This document shows positions 9,350 through 18,456 of a stretch of 44,101 nucleotides of DNA, piece by piece. Source of the stretch: Kagunavirus BCH953P1. A model generated the notes under the pieces. The model had not been told where the DNA came from. It saw only the letters and a list, made by a program, of their open reading frames with translations, and ran no database searches. Both the position numbers and the translations under genes were made by a program. The first letter of the stretch is position 1, and each line of letters starts with the position of its first letter. The stretch lies in sequence record OZ035805.1. The stretch is one strand, 5' to 3'.

Positions 9350-9741
9350 GTTTCGCGCTCGATGTCTCTAAGTTCGTGGAAAAGGCGAAGAAGAATCCCG
9401 AGAAGGTGATTCGTCAGGTGTCTATCAAGCTGTTTTCCGCTATTATAAATGCGAGTCCAGTAGATACGGGTCGCTTTCGTATGAACTGGATGGCATCTGG
9501 TGGCACTCCTGCTTTCGGAACTACAGACGCTACGGATAAATCAGGAAACACGGCAACAGGAAACGCTACAAGTTTCGTACTGAAAGCCACCGACTGGCGC
9601 GAGTTCACGCTGACTAATAACCTGCCGTATGCGCAACGGCTGGAGTACGGTTGGTCGCAACAGGCTCCACAAGGCATGGTCAGGACTAATGTGTCACGCT
9701 TCCAGCAACTAATTAACGAAGAAGCCAACAAGGTGAAATGA
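9346..9741 (+). CDS. tail component protein (putative)
   Basis: 131 aa; overlapping start/stop with neighbours. Confidence 0.5.
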   Translation: MSFALDVSKFVEKAKKNPEKVIRQVSIKLFSAIINASPVDTGRFRMNWMASGGTPAFGTTDATDKSGNTATGNATSFVLKATDWREFTLTNNLPYAQRLEYGWSQQAPQGMVRTNVSRFQQLINEEANKVK

Positions 9742-10154
9742 TGGGCTACTTTGAGGACTTAACAAAAGCGTTCGATGTGCCGCTGGTAGCCTTCGGAACC
9801 ACCAACGGCATCAGGGTAGCGCTTGAAAATATCGACGCGCCGACGTCAACCGATACGCCGTATCTGGCAAGTTACATGTTGCTGGCGGATACGGAACAGG
9901 CTGACCTATTCTTCACCGAGCAACGCGCCGGTGTTTATCAGGTCGACATTAACTACGCATCGGTGAAAGGTAGCGCGCCAATCAATAAAATGGCAGACTT
10001 ACTCAACACGGCGTTTAAAGCAGGTAAGTCATTTTCACGTAACGACATCTGCGCCGAGGTTCAATCGGTTAGCCTGGGGCCGCTGATTGTAGAAAACGGA
10101 TGGGCCAAACGACCATTGTCAATTAACTTTATTGCATTCACCAAGAGGCTGTGA
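9738..10154 (+). CDS. tail completion / terminator protein (putative)
   Basis: 138 aa directly upstream of major tail gene. Confidence 0.5.
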   Translation: MMGYFEDLTKAFDVPLVAFGTTNGIRVALENIDAPTSTDTPYLASYMLLADTEQADLFFTEQRAGVYQVDINYASVKGSAPINKMADLLNTAFKAGKSFSRNDICAEVQSVSLGPLIVENGWAKRPLSINFIAFTKRL

Positions 10155-11323
10155 ATATGGCTACAACTCCTTTTAAGGGCGCGAATACCGCGCAATTCTA
10201 TGTGGCGGAAACTACCCCGGGCGTAACACCGACTAACCCGGTCTGGTCGCCGTTGCGTAACACAGGCGGCGTCCCTGCTATTACCCGAGACACGCTGACA
10301 TCCAACGAACTGGACGGCAGCCGCGAAACTACATCCATCCGCACCGGTAACAAACAGGTTAGCGGAGAATACGCCATCGAGCTTAGTTCGAAAAGCCAGG
10401 ATGACTGGCTGGCAGGTGCCTTAGGCTCTGCGTGGCAATCAGGTGTATCCTTGACTGACCTGTCAATTACCGTCGCACCGGCGGGCAAGACGTTCACCCG
10501 TGCTGATGGCAGCTTTATTTCTGATGGCGTTGAAGTGGGCGACCTGGTCGCGTTCACCGACTTAACGGGCGACAACGCTAAACCGTTCATCGTAACCGAG
10601 GTAAGTGCGACTGTTGTCACCGGCGCTGGTATCCAACATACTCTGACCACTGAGACAGTAACTACCGCCGCTAAGACCGGAGACAAACTGGAAACCGGTA
10701 GCCAGTGTAAGACGTTCTCTATCCTCACCTGGTACAAAGGACAGTGCGGCGGCGCCAGCGCATACACGTTGACCAAAGGCGTAGAAGTTTCTGGGTTCAC
10801 AGTTGAACAGGCTGTTAATGCGATGGTAACAGGCAGCTTCCCGTTTATCGGGCGTACCCAGGAGATTCTTACCGAGCCACCGTCTGGCTCTGATTTCTCC
10901 TCTGTTATGTTCGAGGATGAGCCGTTCTCCTCTGTTGACGTTTCCGTGTTTGATGGCTCTACGCCGTTACGCTGTGATAGCCTGACCATCACCAACGATA
11001 ACAGCGCGTCCGCACAGTTCGAACTCGGCAACACTAACGTAGCGTTTGTGGAGCGTAGCCGCGCGGCTAATACCTTCTCCATCTCCGGTAAGCTGTACGA
11101 CATGGCGATGATTCAGAAGTTTATCAACGAACAGCAGGTAGAGATTAACTCTATTCTGGCGGGGGTAAATGGGGCTATGTCTTTTAGTTTGAAACGTGCA
11201 GAACTTACAGCAGTCACACCAGAGATTGGCGGGCCCGAGTCAATCACTCAGAGCATAGAAGGCCAGGCTACGGGAAACCAGTACCAGTCGTCTATTGTTA
11301 TCCAGCGTATCACTTACGCATAA
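10151..11323 (+). CDS. major tail protein
   Basis: 390 aa; precedes chaperone and tape measure genes; followed by strong terminator. Confidence 0.7.
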   Translation: MNMATTPFKGANTAQFYVAETTPGVTPTNPVWSPLRNTGGVPAITRDTLTSNELDGSRETTSIRTGNKQVSGEYAIELSSKSQDDWLAGALGSAWQSGVSLTDLSITVAPAGKTFTRADGSFISDGVEVGDLVAFTDLTGDNAKPFIVTEVSATVVTGAGIQHTLTTETVTTAAKTGDKLETGSQCKTFSILTWYKGQCGGASAYTLTKGVEVSGFTVEQAVNAMVTGSFPFIGRTQEILTEPPSGSDFSSVMFEDEPFSSVDVSVFDGSTPLRCDSLTITNDNSASAQFELGNTNVAFVERSRAANTFSISGKLYDMAMIQKFINEQQVEINSILAGVNGAMSFSLKRAELTAVTPEIGGPESITQSIEGQATGNQYQSSIVIQRITYA

Positions 11324-11327
11324 AACT

Positions 11328-11353
11328 AAGGCCCCTTTCGGGGCCTTTTTCTT
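11328..11353. terminator. terminator between convergent genes
   Basis: stem AAGGCCCC / GGGGCCTT with TTTC loop, T-run on plus side; separates plus major tail gene and minus kinase gene. Confidence 0.65.
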
Positions 11354-11906
11354 ACAAACCTAATTTTAAAGCAATGTCTATAACGTTGGATTTAACGTCA
11401 CCCGGTATGATGTAGGTGTCGTAATCTTCTACACCATCAACGCCGTACAGATAACCGCGGCTGTCCCCCTCAAACGTATAGCCTTCTCGGTGCAAGCGAA
11501 CGATTCTTACATCATGACCCGCGGTGACGATAGGGGTTACTTCGCTGGAGAACCCGCCATCAGACACCACAAAAACTTCGTCGCCGTCGGGCAAGTTTCC
11601 GGCAAGATACTTACCGAAATAATCATCACCGAATACCGGTTTAATGAATTGCTCCGAAATGGCAATCATGAACTGACGACGGGACAACCCATTAAGAAAA
11701 CCCTCTGGCTTTTCTTTCCGCGCCCGGTCGTCGTAGCCGTCGAGAAATTCGTGGTAAGCATCCGGGCCTAACGCTGCCAGAGCAATATTGAACATTGGAT
11801 TCTTGAAACTGGTAGTTCCTTTTGCAAAGCCCATTTCTACCAGCGCCATAGCAAGCGTGTCTTTCCCGCAACCCGCAGGGCCATTAAGAATAATTACCTT
11901 AGCCAT
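11352..11906 (-). CDS. dNMP kinase-like P-loop kinase
   Basis: 184 aa; P-loop GPAGCGKDT (GKDT variant as in T4 gp1-type dNMP kinases). Confidence 0.6.
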   Translation of the reverse strand: MAKVIILNGPAGCGKDTLAMALVEMGFAKGTTSFKNPMFNIALAALGPDAYHEFLDGYDDRARKEKPEGFLNGLSRRQFMIAISEQFIKPVFGDDYFGKYLAGNLPDGDEVFVVSDGGFSSEVTPIVTAGHDVRIVRLHREGYTFEGDSRGYLYGVDGVEDYDTYIIPGDVKSNVIDIALKLGL

Positions 11907-12394
11907 TATTTATCGCTCCCGTGTGATTTTAAGTATGTAGAGTTCCCGTTACAGTCATATTCAGTGACCGCGTGTGTCGTGATTCCTAAGCCGCGGAAAT
12001 GCTTTATTACCGCTGGAGAGTCGTCGAATGCGCACAAGATTCTCTCCAGCCCAATAGCACGCAACACCTCTTCTTTAATTACGATGTCTTTTCTGTTGTC
12101 GTGTTTGCTGCGCATTAACAGAACGTCGAACTTGACATTGTTTTTACGTAACCACTCGCGAGTTTCTTCCTCGGCGTCGTCGCTTCGCCCGGTAAGGATG
12201 ATTACGGTCATCCCGGTATGCCACAACGTGTTGCACAAGTGAATGTTGTCATATATCGGCGAATCATCTTTGCAGGCCATGTTAAAAGGCTTCCACGCCC
12301 AGGTTTCGCCGTAGTTATCTTTTGGCAGCAGGTGTAAGCGATGAGTTCCGTCGGCTAATGTTCCATCTAAATCGAAAATCACAATATCTTTCAT
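11906..12394 (-). CDS. HAD-family phosphatase (5'-deoxynucleotidase-like)
   Basis: 162 aa; N-terminal FDLDGTLAD motif (DxDGT nucleophile motif of the HAD superfamily). Confidence 0.65.
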   Translation of the reverse strand: MKDIVIFDLDGTLADGTHRLHLLPKDNYGETWAWKPFNMACKDDSPIYDNIHLCNTLWHTGMTVIILTGRSDDAEEETREWLRKNNVKFDVLLMRSKHDNRKDIVIKEEVLRAIGLERILCAFDDSPAVIKHFRGLGITTHAVTEYDCNGNSTYLKSHGSDK

Positions 12395-13521
12395 CCCAGC
12401 ATCTCCGGTGAAATAGTTAAACGTGCGACCTCGCCATATTCGGCGCTATAAGTAATTACATTTGCACTACGGCCTGACATCCATCCGCCGCGAGAGGCGT
12501 ATGCGTCTTTAGCCGCTAAGGTGCGGTGTTGCTCAACAATCATGTTACGGCTTTCTACAATCTTTTGATGGTGCAGGTGGCCTACGTGGGCGTAGCTGTA
12601 AACACTCTCGCCGAATGCTTTGCGGAACTTGGCAATCATAACCGGTTCGATAGCGTCGAAGCGTGCTTTATGTCCGTGATGGAAGAACAGCGTAGTTTTG
12701 CCGTGTTGTACCATCTTGTAAACATCCGGCGACGTATCGACAACCACTCGGCTGTCGTTCGAATATAAAACTGTGAACATTTCTGCCAGCCACACGGACC
12801 CTACAGGGTCGTGATTTCCTTGCACGATAAGCAAGCGAACGGTTTTATGTTTAACCAGCGCCATATCAACAACACGGCGCACCATACGAATCATGTAGCG
12901 GACAAGTTTCTGGTAGCGAGTGTCCGCGTCCAACACATGACGTGACTCAGGAGTAACGGCATCCAGACTATCGAAGTGCGCGAAGTCGCCTAGCAGGTTA
13001 ATAACTCCCGTTCCTGCATCCGGTGCTTTCTGAAACGCCGCATCGAACCAACGGGAGAACAGGTCTTCCGCAATTTTCATGTCCCAGTCGTCGCCACTCT
13101 CGTCGGCCCATGCCAGCATACCGAGATGGAAATCAGATACCGTGTAAAGATTGAGTAGCTTGTCGTCGCGTTTAGCGTGAACGGCTTTAACAGGTGCAAC
13201 GGGTGTAATCTCTGACTTCATGCCTTCAATTACGGCTTTCATCAACTCTATCTGACGTTCGGCGTCAGTATCGGTCTTAACCCATTGCAACTTAGTGTTG
13301 CCGAACTCGTCCACAAGTGACGACGTGCCTTTAATTTTGTAGCCGTCCGGGACAAGGTGGCTAACGTCGCGCCCGTGGCCTACGCCTTTCTTAGCCAGCT
13401 TCGCTTTACGGATGCGAATAACGCGGTCTGAGATGCCATATTTACGGGCTATATCGATAGTTTTAACTCCGGCGTTCAATTCTTCCTGTAACTGCTCGTC
13501 GGTTATTTTCTTCCGGGCCAT
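12391..13521 (-). CDS. metallophosphoesterase with N-terminal HTH domain
   Basis: 376 aa; calcineurin-like motifs DFH, GDFAH, GNHD, FHHGH, GHLHH; N-terminal HTH-like segment. Confidence 0.7.
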   Translation of the reverse strand: MARKKITDEQLQEELNAGVKTIDIARKYGISDRVIRIRKAKLAKKGVGHGRDVSHLVPDGYKIKGTSSLVDEFGNTKLQWVKTDTDAERQIELMKAVIEGMKSEITPVAPVKAVHAKRDDKLLNLYTVSDFHLGMLAWADESGDDWDMKIAEDLFSRWFDAAFQKAPDAGTGVINLLGDFAHFDSLDAVTPESRHVLDADTRYQKLVRYMIRMVRRVVDMALVKHKTVRLLIVQGNHDPVGSVWLAEMFTVLYSNDSRVVVDTSPDVYKMVQHGKTTLFFHHGHKARFDAIEPVMIAKFRKAFGESVYSYAHVGHLHHQKIVESRNMIVEQHRTLAAKDAYASRGGWMSGRSANVITYSAEYGEVARLTISPEMLG

Positions 13522-13559
13522 GCTTACTTCCTCGTGTTTAGGATTTGTCCTATGCTAGC

Positions 13560-13751
13560 TCACTTCTCGTTAACATTCGAGTTGCACGCCCAGATTAAAA
13601 TAAATACCCACGGCAGCAGAATCCAACCAAGAAACAGGTTGGCCATGAATATCGCTAACTTCGCTTTATGGTTACGGAAGTACGCAACCAGGAAAGGTGC
13701 GAAATAAGCGAGAAGTGCAAACAGAATTAAGGAAACCGGTAAACTTGACAT
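13560..13751 (-). CDS. small membrane protein
   Basis: 63 aa, two hydrophobic segments; ATG at 13751 preceded by AAGGGG SD (the track start at 13766 lacks an SD). Confidence 0.5.
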   Translation of the reverse strand: MSSLPVSLILFALLAYFAPFLVAYFRNHKAKLAIFMANLFLGWILLPWVFILIWACNSNVNEK

Positions 13752-13781
13752 TTTAAACCCCTTCATTGTTGGTGTAAGTGA

Positions 13782-13810
13782 ATAGTACCCTATTATATTG
13801 GGGTGCGCAA
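13782..13810 (-). promoter_or_regulatory. promoter-like element TTGCGC-17-TACTAT with AATAG-N4-CTATT palindrome
   Basis: second copy of the 32-bp exact repeat, upstream of the antisense four-gene operon. Confidence 0.45.
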
Positions 13811-13918
13811 GTAATGTGATAGAATAATTTTGCGCCTAGTGTCGCACACGAAAAGCGGGTGGTTCCCGTCTGGCGCATTTACCCTTAACCTGTAACCTCT
13901 TAACCAAAGGATTAAAGA

Positions 13919-14338
13919 ATGAAACTTTCTGATTTCTATTTCGAAGAGAAAGCACTGGTAGGCAAGAAGATGCCGATTCTGCTACCAAACGGCGAAGACT
14001 CCGGTGAGTGGCTTAATGTTGTAAGTCCGGATGCCGATGTCGCCGTTAAAGCGGGGCGTGCTTTCATTATCGCATACCGTCGCGGGCGGGCGCGTTTCGA
14101 AGAACTGGAAAAAGCTGCCAAAGAATCCGGCGACTATACTGAATATAACCTGGCGATTAATGAGCTAGCGGAAGACCTCAACCGGCAACTCGCGGCGGAA
14201 GTCGTAAACGGCTGGAGCTTCGACGACGAGCCTTTCTCTAAGGAAGCGTTTAACAAATTGCTCGACCAGTTTAAAGGGCTTGGAACCCAGGTAGCAGCGT
14301 TCCATAACGCTGAGCGCAAAGCATTACAGGAAAAGTAG
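13919..14338 (+). CDS. tail assembly chaperone (G-like)
   Basis: 139 aa directly upstream of tape measure gene; downstream ORF overlaps in -1 frame. Confidence 0.7.
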   Translation: MKLSDFYFEEKALVGKKMPILLPNGEDSGEWLNVVSPDADVAVKAGRAFIIAYRRGRARFEELEKAAKESGDYTEYNLAINELAEDLNRQLAAEVVNGWSFDDEPFSKEAFNKLLDQFKGLGTQVAAFHNAERKALQEK

Positions 14339-14703
14339 ACGCGCTGTACAGGTTCGCCACCTACGAGTTCGTTGATAAGCATAAAATCAGAGAGTTTGAT
14401 TCTATAGCTGACGGACACGAACAGGCGCTTATCGCGATGGGTGTAATCGATAAGAAAAAACGTGCAGCGCGACGGGGTGGGCCAGAATGCCCGCCCCTTT
14501 TTATATCCACCTTTGAGACGTACTGTGACATTAAGTTTACGCGACACGTGCGCGAGGACGCTGTAGTATTGTTTGCAAGAGAATCCGTTACGTGGCAAGA
14601 CCTGAAAGCCTATCTCGATGTTACGCAAAAACAGCTTAGCCTGTTCGAGATAGACATTATCATGGGCTTAGAAGCAATCTTTGAAGGTAGAAATCATGGC
14701 TGA
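13919..14703 (+). CDS. tail assembly chaperone frameshift fusion (GT-like) via putative -1 frameshift
   Basis: frame -1 is open from 14314 to 14703 and overlaps the last 25 nt of the upstream ORF; A-rich GGAAAAG at 14329-14335; conserved arrangement upstream of tape measure genes. Confidence 0.5.
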
Positions 14704-16969
14704 TACCGCTAGCTTGATAGTACGAGTATCTTCGACCGGCGTCGATAAAACCACATCACAACTGAACGGGCTTACCAAAGCCGCAGGTGCCGCCGCGGCT
14801 GCCGTTGTCAGTCTGGAAACCGCTAAGCAGGTGTTCAGCGCGCTGGTGGACTCTCAGCGCAACTTCGATAAGCTGAACTCCGGCCTCATCACAATGACCG
14901 GTAGCGCTGAGAACGCGGCTAAGGCTTTCAGCGTCCTGCAACAGTTCGCAAAAGAAACCCCGTATGGTCTCAATCAGGCGGTAGAAGGTTTCACTAAGCT
15001 GGTTGCCCTAGGCCTGAACCCCAGCAAAGAGGCGTTAATCTCCTACGGCAATACCGCTGCCGCGATGGGTAAAGACCTTAATCAGATGATTGAGGCCGTA
15101 GCGGACGCCAGTACATTTGAGTTTGAACGACTAAAAGAGTTTGGCATCAAGTCGTCACAGCAGGCGGATACCGTTTCTTTCACGTTCCGCGGCGTAACAA
15201 CTACTGTCAAAAAGAACTCCGAAGAGATTCAGAAATACCTGCTAAACATCGGTAACACTGATTTCGCCGGGGCGATGGAGACGCGTTCGAAGACCTTAGA
15301 TGGTCAGTTATCCAGCCTGGCGGACTCTTTCGATGGCCTTGTTCTTGCGGTAGCGCAATCCGGTTTTGGCGATGCCGTAGGTGAGCAGGCCGCGATGGCA
15401 GAAGACGCAGTAACGGCGCTTACCGACGCCATCGCGTCTAATGAGATAGCTGCCACACTCCAGGACTGGGCGACGCTGTTCAATGAGTCGTTCAAGTTTA
15501 TTTCTGACGCCTTGAATGACCTGGCATACGACACCGAGGACAAATCCGCAGACATGTCTGACTCGCTGGGGACTATACCGGATGCTATCCGTGAGTGGTT
15601 GCCTGAGATTCAAAGAATAGCGAAGGATATGTATGTAGAGTTCCAGGCTATTGACATGCAAGCGGCGCTTCTGGCGCAGTCTATTAAAGCCGCCTTCACC
15701 CCAGGTGAAACAGCGGCGGGTACATTTGCCGCGGGTCAGGCCGCCGTTCAGTTCTTCAAAGACACTGAAAAGGCGAAAAACAAGGCTGAGGCGGACGGGA
15801 TAACCCAACGCTCGAAGCAGCGTAAGAAAGAAATTGAGGAACAGCGCAAGCAGTACGACGAGCGCAAGAAGCAAGAAATTGACTTAGCCAGCCTTGTTAA
15901 TAAAAAAGGTGGAACTGGCGGCACCGGTAACGCCGACGATAAAGCGGCAAAAGCAGCCGCTAAGAAAGCTGAGCAATTGCGAAATCAGGCGCAGGATTAC
16001 CTCGACACTTTGGCCCGTCAGAACAACGACGAGTTAAAGGCTATTGACGCGCAGGAACAGCAGAAACTGGCTAAAGCAAAAGAGTTCTACAGCCAGGGTG
16101 CGTTGTCTCTGAAAGAATACGAACAAGCTAAAACAGCTATCGTCCTCGAAGCCGGACAAAAACGGCAAGATGAACTGGATAAACGCCAGAAAGAAGCCCT
16201 GGAAAAGCAGCAGAAAGGTGACGACTTCATGGCCCAGATTATGGGTCAGAACGCTACTGAGCTTGAGCTTCTCGACATCCAGGAACAGCAGAAACTGGCG
16301 GTAGCCGATAAGTACCGGGAGCAAGGGCTTATTAGCGAGAAGCAGTATCAGGCCGCGCTTAACGCCATCAACGAGCAATATGCCACCAAGCGCGCCGACG
16401 CAACGGCAACCGCCTTCGGTAACATGGCCTCAAACATCGGGTCTGCGTTGGGGGAGGCTTCCGGTGCGTATAAGGCATTCGCTATCGTACAGGCCACTAT
16501 CGCCACGTACACCGCAGCTATTGAGGCGTACAAGTCAACGGCTGCTATCCCTGTTGTTGGCCCGTTCCTTGCCCCTGTAGCCGCTGCCGCTGCCGTTGGG
16601 GCGGGTATGGCGCAGGTTTCCGCTATCAGGTCTGCGCGTGAGCAGGGGGGCCAGTTATCCGCGGGGCAGGCTTCCACCATCGCCGAACGCGGTAAACCCG
16701 AAGTTATCATGCCCGCTGGCGCATCGCGTGTGCGCACCGCGCAGCAGATGAAAGAAATTATGGGGCAAAACGGGTCTTCTTCCGGACCATCTAATGTTAC
16801 TATCGTAAACAACACGAGTTCTCAAATCGGCAATGTATCCACCGAACAGGATGATGAGGGCCGTCTGCGTATCATCATAGAAGAGCAAGTTGCTGCATCT
16901 TTGCAGAACAGCAACAGTAAGATTAGCAAGGCCCGCAAGGCCACAAGAAATGCGCCGGGGTTTAAATAA
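14696..16969 (+). CDS. tail tape measure protein
   Basis: about 757 aa, Ala/Gln/Lys/Glu-rich helical protein; longest gene of tail block (track ORF starts with TTG at 14681). Confidence 0.85.
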   Translation: MADTASLIVRVSSTGVDKTTSQLNGLTKAAGAAAAAVVSLETAKQVFSALVDSQRNFDKLNSGLITMTGSAENAAKAFSVLQQFAKETPYGLNQAVEGFTKLVALGLNPSKEALISYGNTAAAMGKDLNQMIEAVADASTFEFERLKEFGIKSSQQADTVSFTFRGVTTTVKKNSEEIQKYLLNIGNTDFAGAMETRSKTLDGQLSSLADSFDGLVLAVAQSGFGDAVGEQAAMAEDAVTALTDAIASNEIAATLQDWATLFNESFKFISDALNDLAYDTEDKSADMSDSLGTIPDAIREWLPEIQRIAKDMYVEFQAIDMQAALLAQSIKAAFTPGETAAGTFAAGQAAVQFFKDTEKAKNKAEADGITQRSKQRKKEIEEQRKQYDERKKQEIDLASLVNKKGGTGGTGNADDKAAKAAAKKAEQLRNQAQDYLDTLARQNNDELKAIDAQEQQKLAKAKEFYSQGALSLKEYEQAKTAIVLEAGQKRQDELDKRQKEALEKQQKGDDFMAQIMGQNATELELLDIQEQQKLAVADKYREQGLISEKQYQAALNAINEQYATKRADATATAFGNMASNIGSALGEASGAYKAFAIVQATIATYTAAIEAYKSTAAIPVVGPFLAPVAAAAAVGAGMAQVSAIRSAREQGGQLSAGQASTIAERGKPEVIMPAGASRVRTAQQMKEIMGQNGSSSGPSNVTIVNNTSSQIGNVSTEQDDEGRLRIIIEEQVAASLQNSNSKISKARKATRNAPGFK

Positions 16970-17469
16970 TGAGCGACTTATATTTCCCACGTAGCCTTAA
17001 GCCGGTGGTGTCGAAAGGCTACTCAATGACCAGACGCAACAACGTCTGGAGTGTCGATTTAGCGGGCGGCGGTGTACGTCAGGGGCGCGACACATATTAC
17101 GACGTGTTTCCGATAAGCGTAACCCTGATTACATCAGCGCTGGGGCGACAGGCGTTTCTGTCGTTCCTCGAAAAAGTAGACGGCGGCGCGTCAAGTTTCT
17201 GGATGGCGCACGACTTCGGCATGGGTATTGAGGACTATCAGGTAACCATTACGTCCACCATCGCCGAGTCCACCGAAGATGGTATTAACTGGACGATTAC
17301 TTTCACGGCAACCGCAGAGAAATCGCCGTTCCAGGATGAAGATAATAAGTGCCTTGTTAACAATCTGCCAGATTTGTATGGCTGTTATGGTGACGGGCTG
17401 GGATGTTTCCTTAAAGCCTACGGAACCGCACAATCAACGTTCCCACGAATTTGGGATCCGATGCAATGA
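16969..17469 (+). CDS. minor tail protein
   Basis: 166 aa; TAATG overlap with tape measure stop. Confidence 0.6.
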   Translation: MSDLYFPRSLKPVVSKGYSMTRRNNVWSVDLAGGGVRQGRDTYYDVFPISVTLITSALGRQAFLSFLEKVDGGASSFWMAHDFGMGIEDYQVTITSTIAESTEDGINWTITFTATAEKSPFQDEDNKCLVNNLPDLYGCYGDGLGCFLKAYGTAQSTFPRIWDPMQ

Positions 17470-17582
17470 CAGAACAAGAGATAAAAGACCTGAGAGAATA
17501 CCTGAAGGACTGGTATTTAGCCATTAAGAAGGGACGTGATATCGAGAACGCCTACTCTTGGTTACGAGGGTATGTGTCATGA
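17466..17582 (+). CDS. hypothetical small protein
   Basis: 38 aa ORF with ATGA overlaps at both ends. Confidence 0.3.
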   Translation: MTEQEIKDLREYLKDWYLAIKKGRDIENAYSWLRGYVS

Positions 17583-18094
17583 GTCTGGAATCAGTAGAAG
17601 CCGCCTATCGCCGTAAGCTGGCCTCAAATCCCGACGGCGAGATGGATTACATCACATTACAAATCAGTCACCCGTTGCTATCGAAGACGTACTATCTTGT
17701 GCGCGGGCTACAGGAACTCACAGCAACACTGGAGACAGGCGAAACAATCACGTTCGAACCCACCCCGATGGAGGCGTCGGGGGCTTCAAACAACAGCGAT
17801 ATGGACCAGACGACTACGTTTACTCTACCGGATATTCTCAATCAACTGGATGATGAGATGGATAAAATCCCGATGAGTAACACCGAGTTGCCGAAGTTCG
17901 TCTTCCGCCGTTACGTCAGCACCGACCTGTCTTATCCGGCTGACGGCCCGGTAGTGTACGAGTTGCAGGCCATCAACCAGGAGAAAGGCGAGTTCTCTGC
18001 GGATGTCGGTACACCTATGCTGAACCAACGAAGCACCGGTATACTTATGACACCTAAAGAGATACCGTTATTACGCGGCCTGTTGACCACATGA
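17579..18094 (+). CDS. minor tail protein (L-like, putative)
   Basis: 171 aa from first ATG; position between M-like and K-like genes. Confidence 0.55.
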   Translation: MSLESVEAAYRRKLASNPDGEMDYITLQISHPLLSKTYYLVRGLQELTATLETGETITFEPTPMEASGASNNSDMDQTTTFTLPDILNQLDDEMDKIPMSNTELPKFVFRRYVSTDLSYPADGPVVYELQAINQEKGEFSADVGTPMLNQRSTGILMTPKEIPLLRGLLTT

Positions 18095-18456
18095 ATATTA
18101 ACGACTACACGGGTATACCTTACGACTTTCGCAAGCGCAATTGCTGGCATCACGTGCGCATTGTACGGGCGGATGCCGGGTTAGAAACTCCGGCGTTCGA
18201 TGTTACAAGCCCAACGGCGATTAACGAAGCGTTTGACGAAGGCCACCGCGACACGAAGGGGCTTACGAAAATTGATAAGCCTGAAAACTTCTGTGCGGTG
18301 CTTATGGGGTATCGCCGTGGTGGTCGTATAGTGTGGCACGCAGGAGTTTACTTCGACGGGATGGTGAGTCATTGTGAGCTTGCTTCCCGCCAGGTACGGC
18401 TTGACAGGCTGGCGGACCTCAGAGACACGTACACGGAGATTGAATTTTGGCGATAA
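18091..18456 (+). CDS. tail assembly protein, NlpC/P60 family (gpK-like)
   Basis: 121 aa; catalytic-type Cys (RNCWHH) and His (VWHAGVYFDG) arrangement typical of NlpC/P60 tail proteins. Confidence 0.7.
   Translation: MNINDYTGIPYDFRKRNCWHHVRIVRADAGLETPAFDVTSPTAINEAFDEGHRDTKGLTKIDKPENFCAVLMGYRRGGRIVWHAGVYFDGMVSHCELASRQVRLDRLADLRDTYTEIEFWR

Noticed and set aside
10198-11103. 301-aa minus-strand ORF
   Set aside because: Antisense within the major tail protein gene; Ser/Thr/Val-rich translation typical of reverse-frame artefact
15308-16815. Minus-strand ORFs of 188 and 155 aa inside the tape measure gene
   Set aside because: Antisense to a well-supported long gene; low-complexity translations
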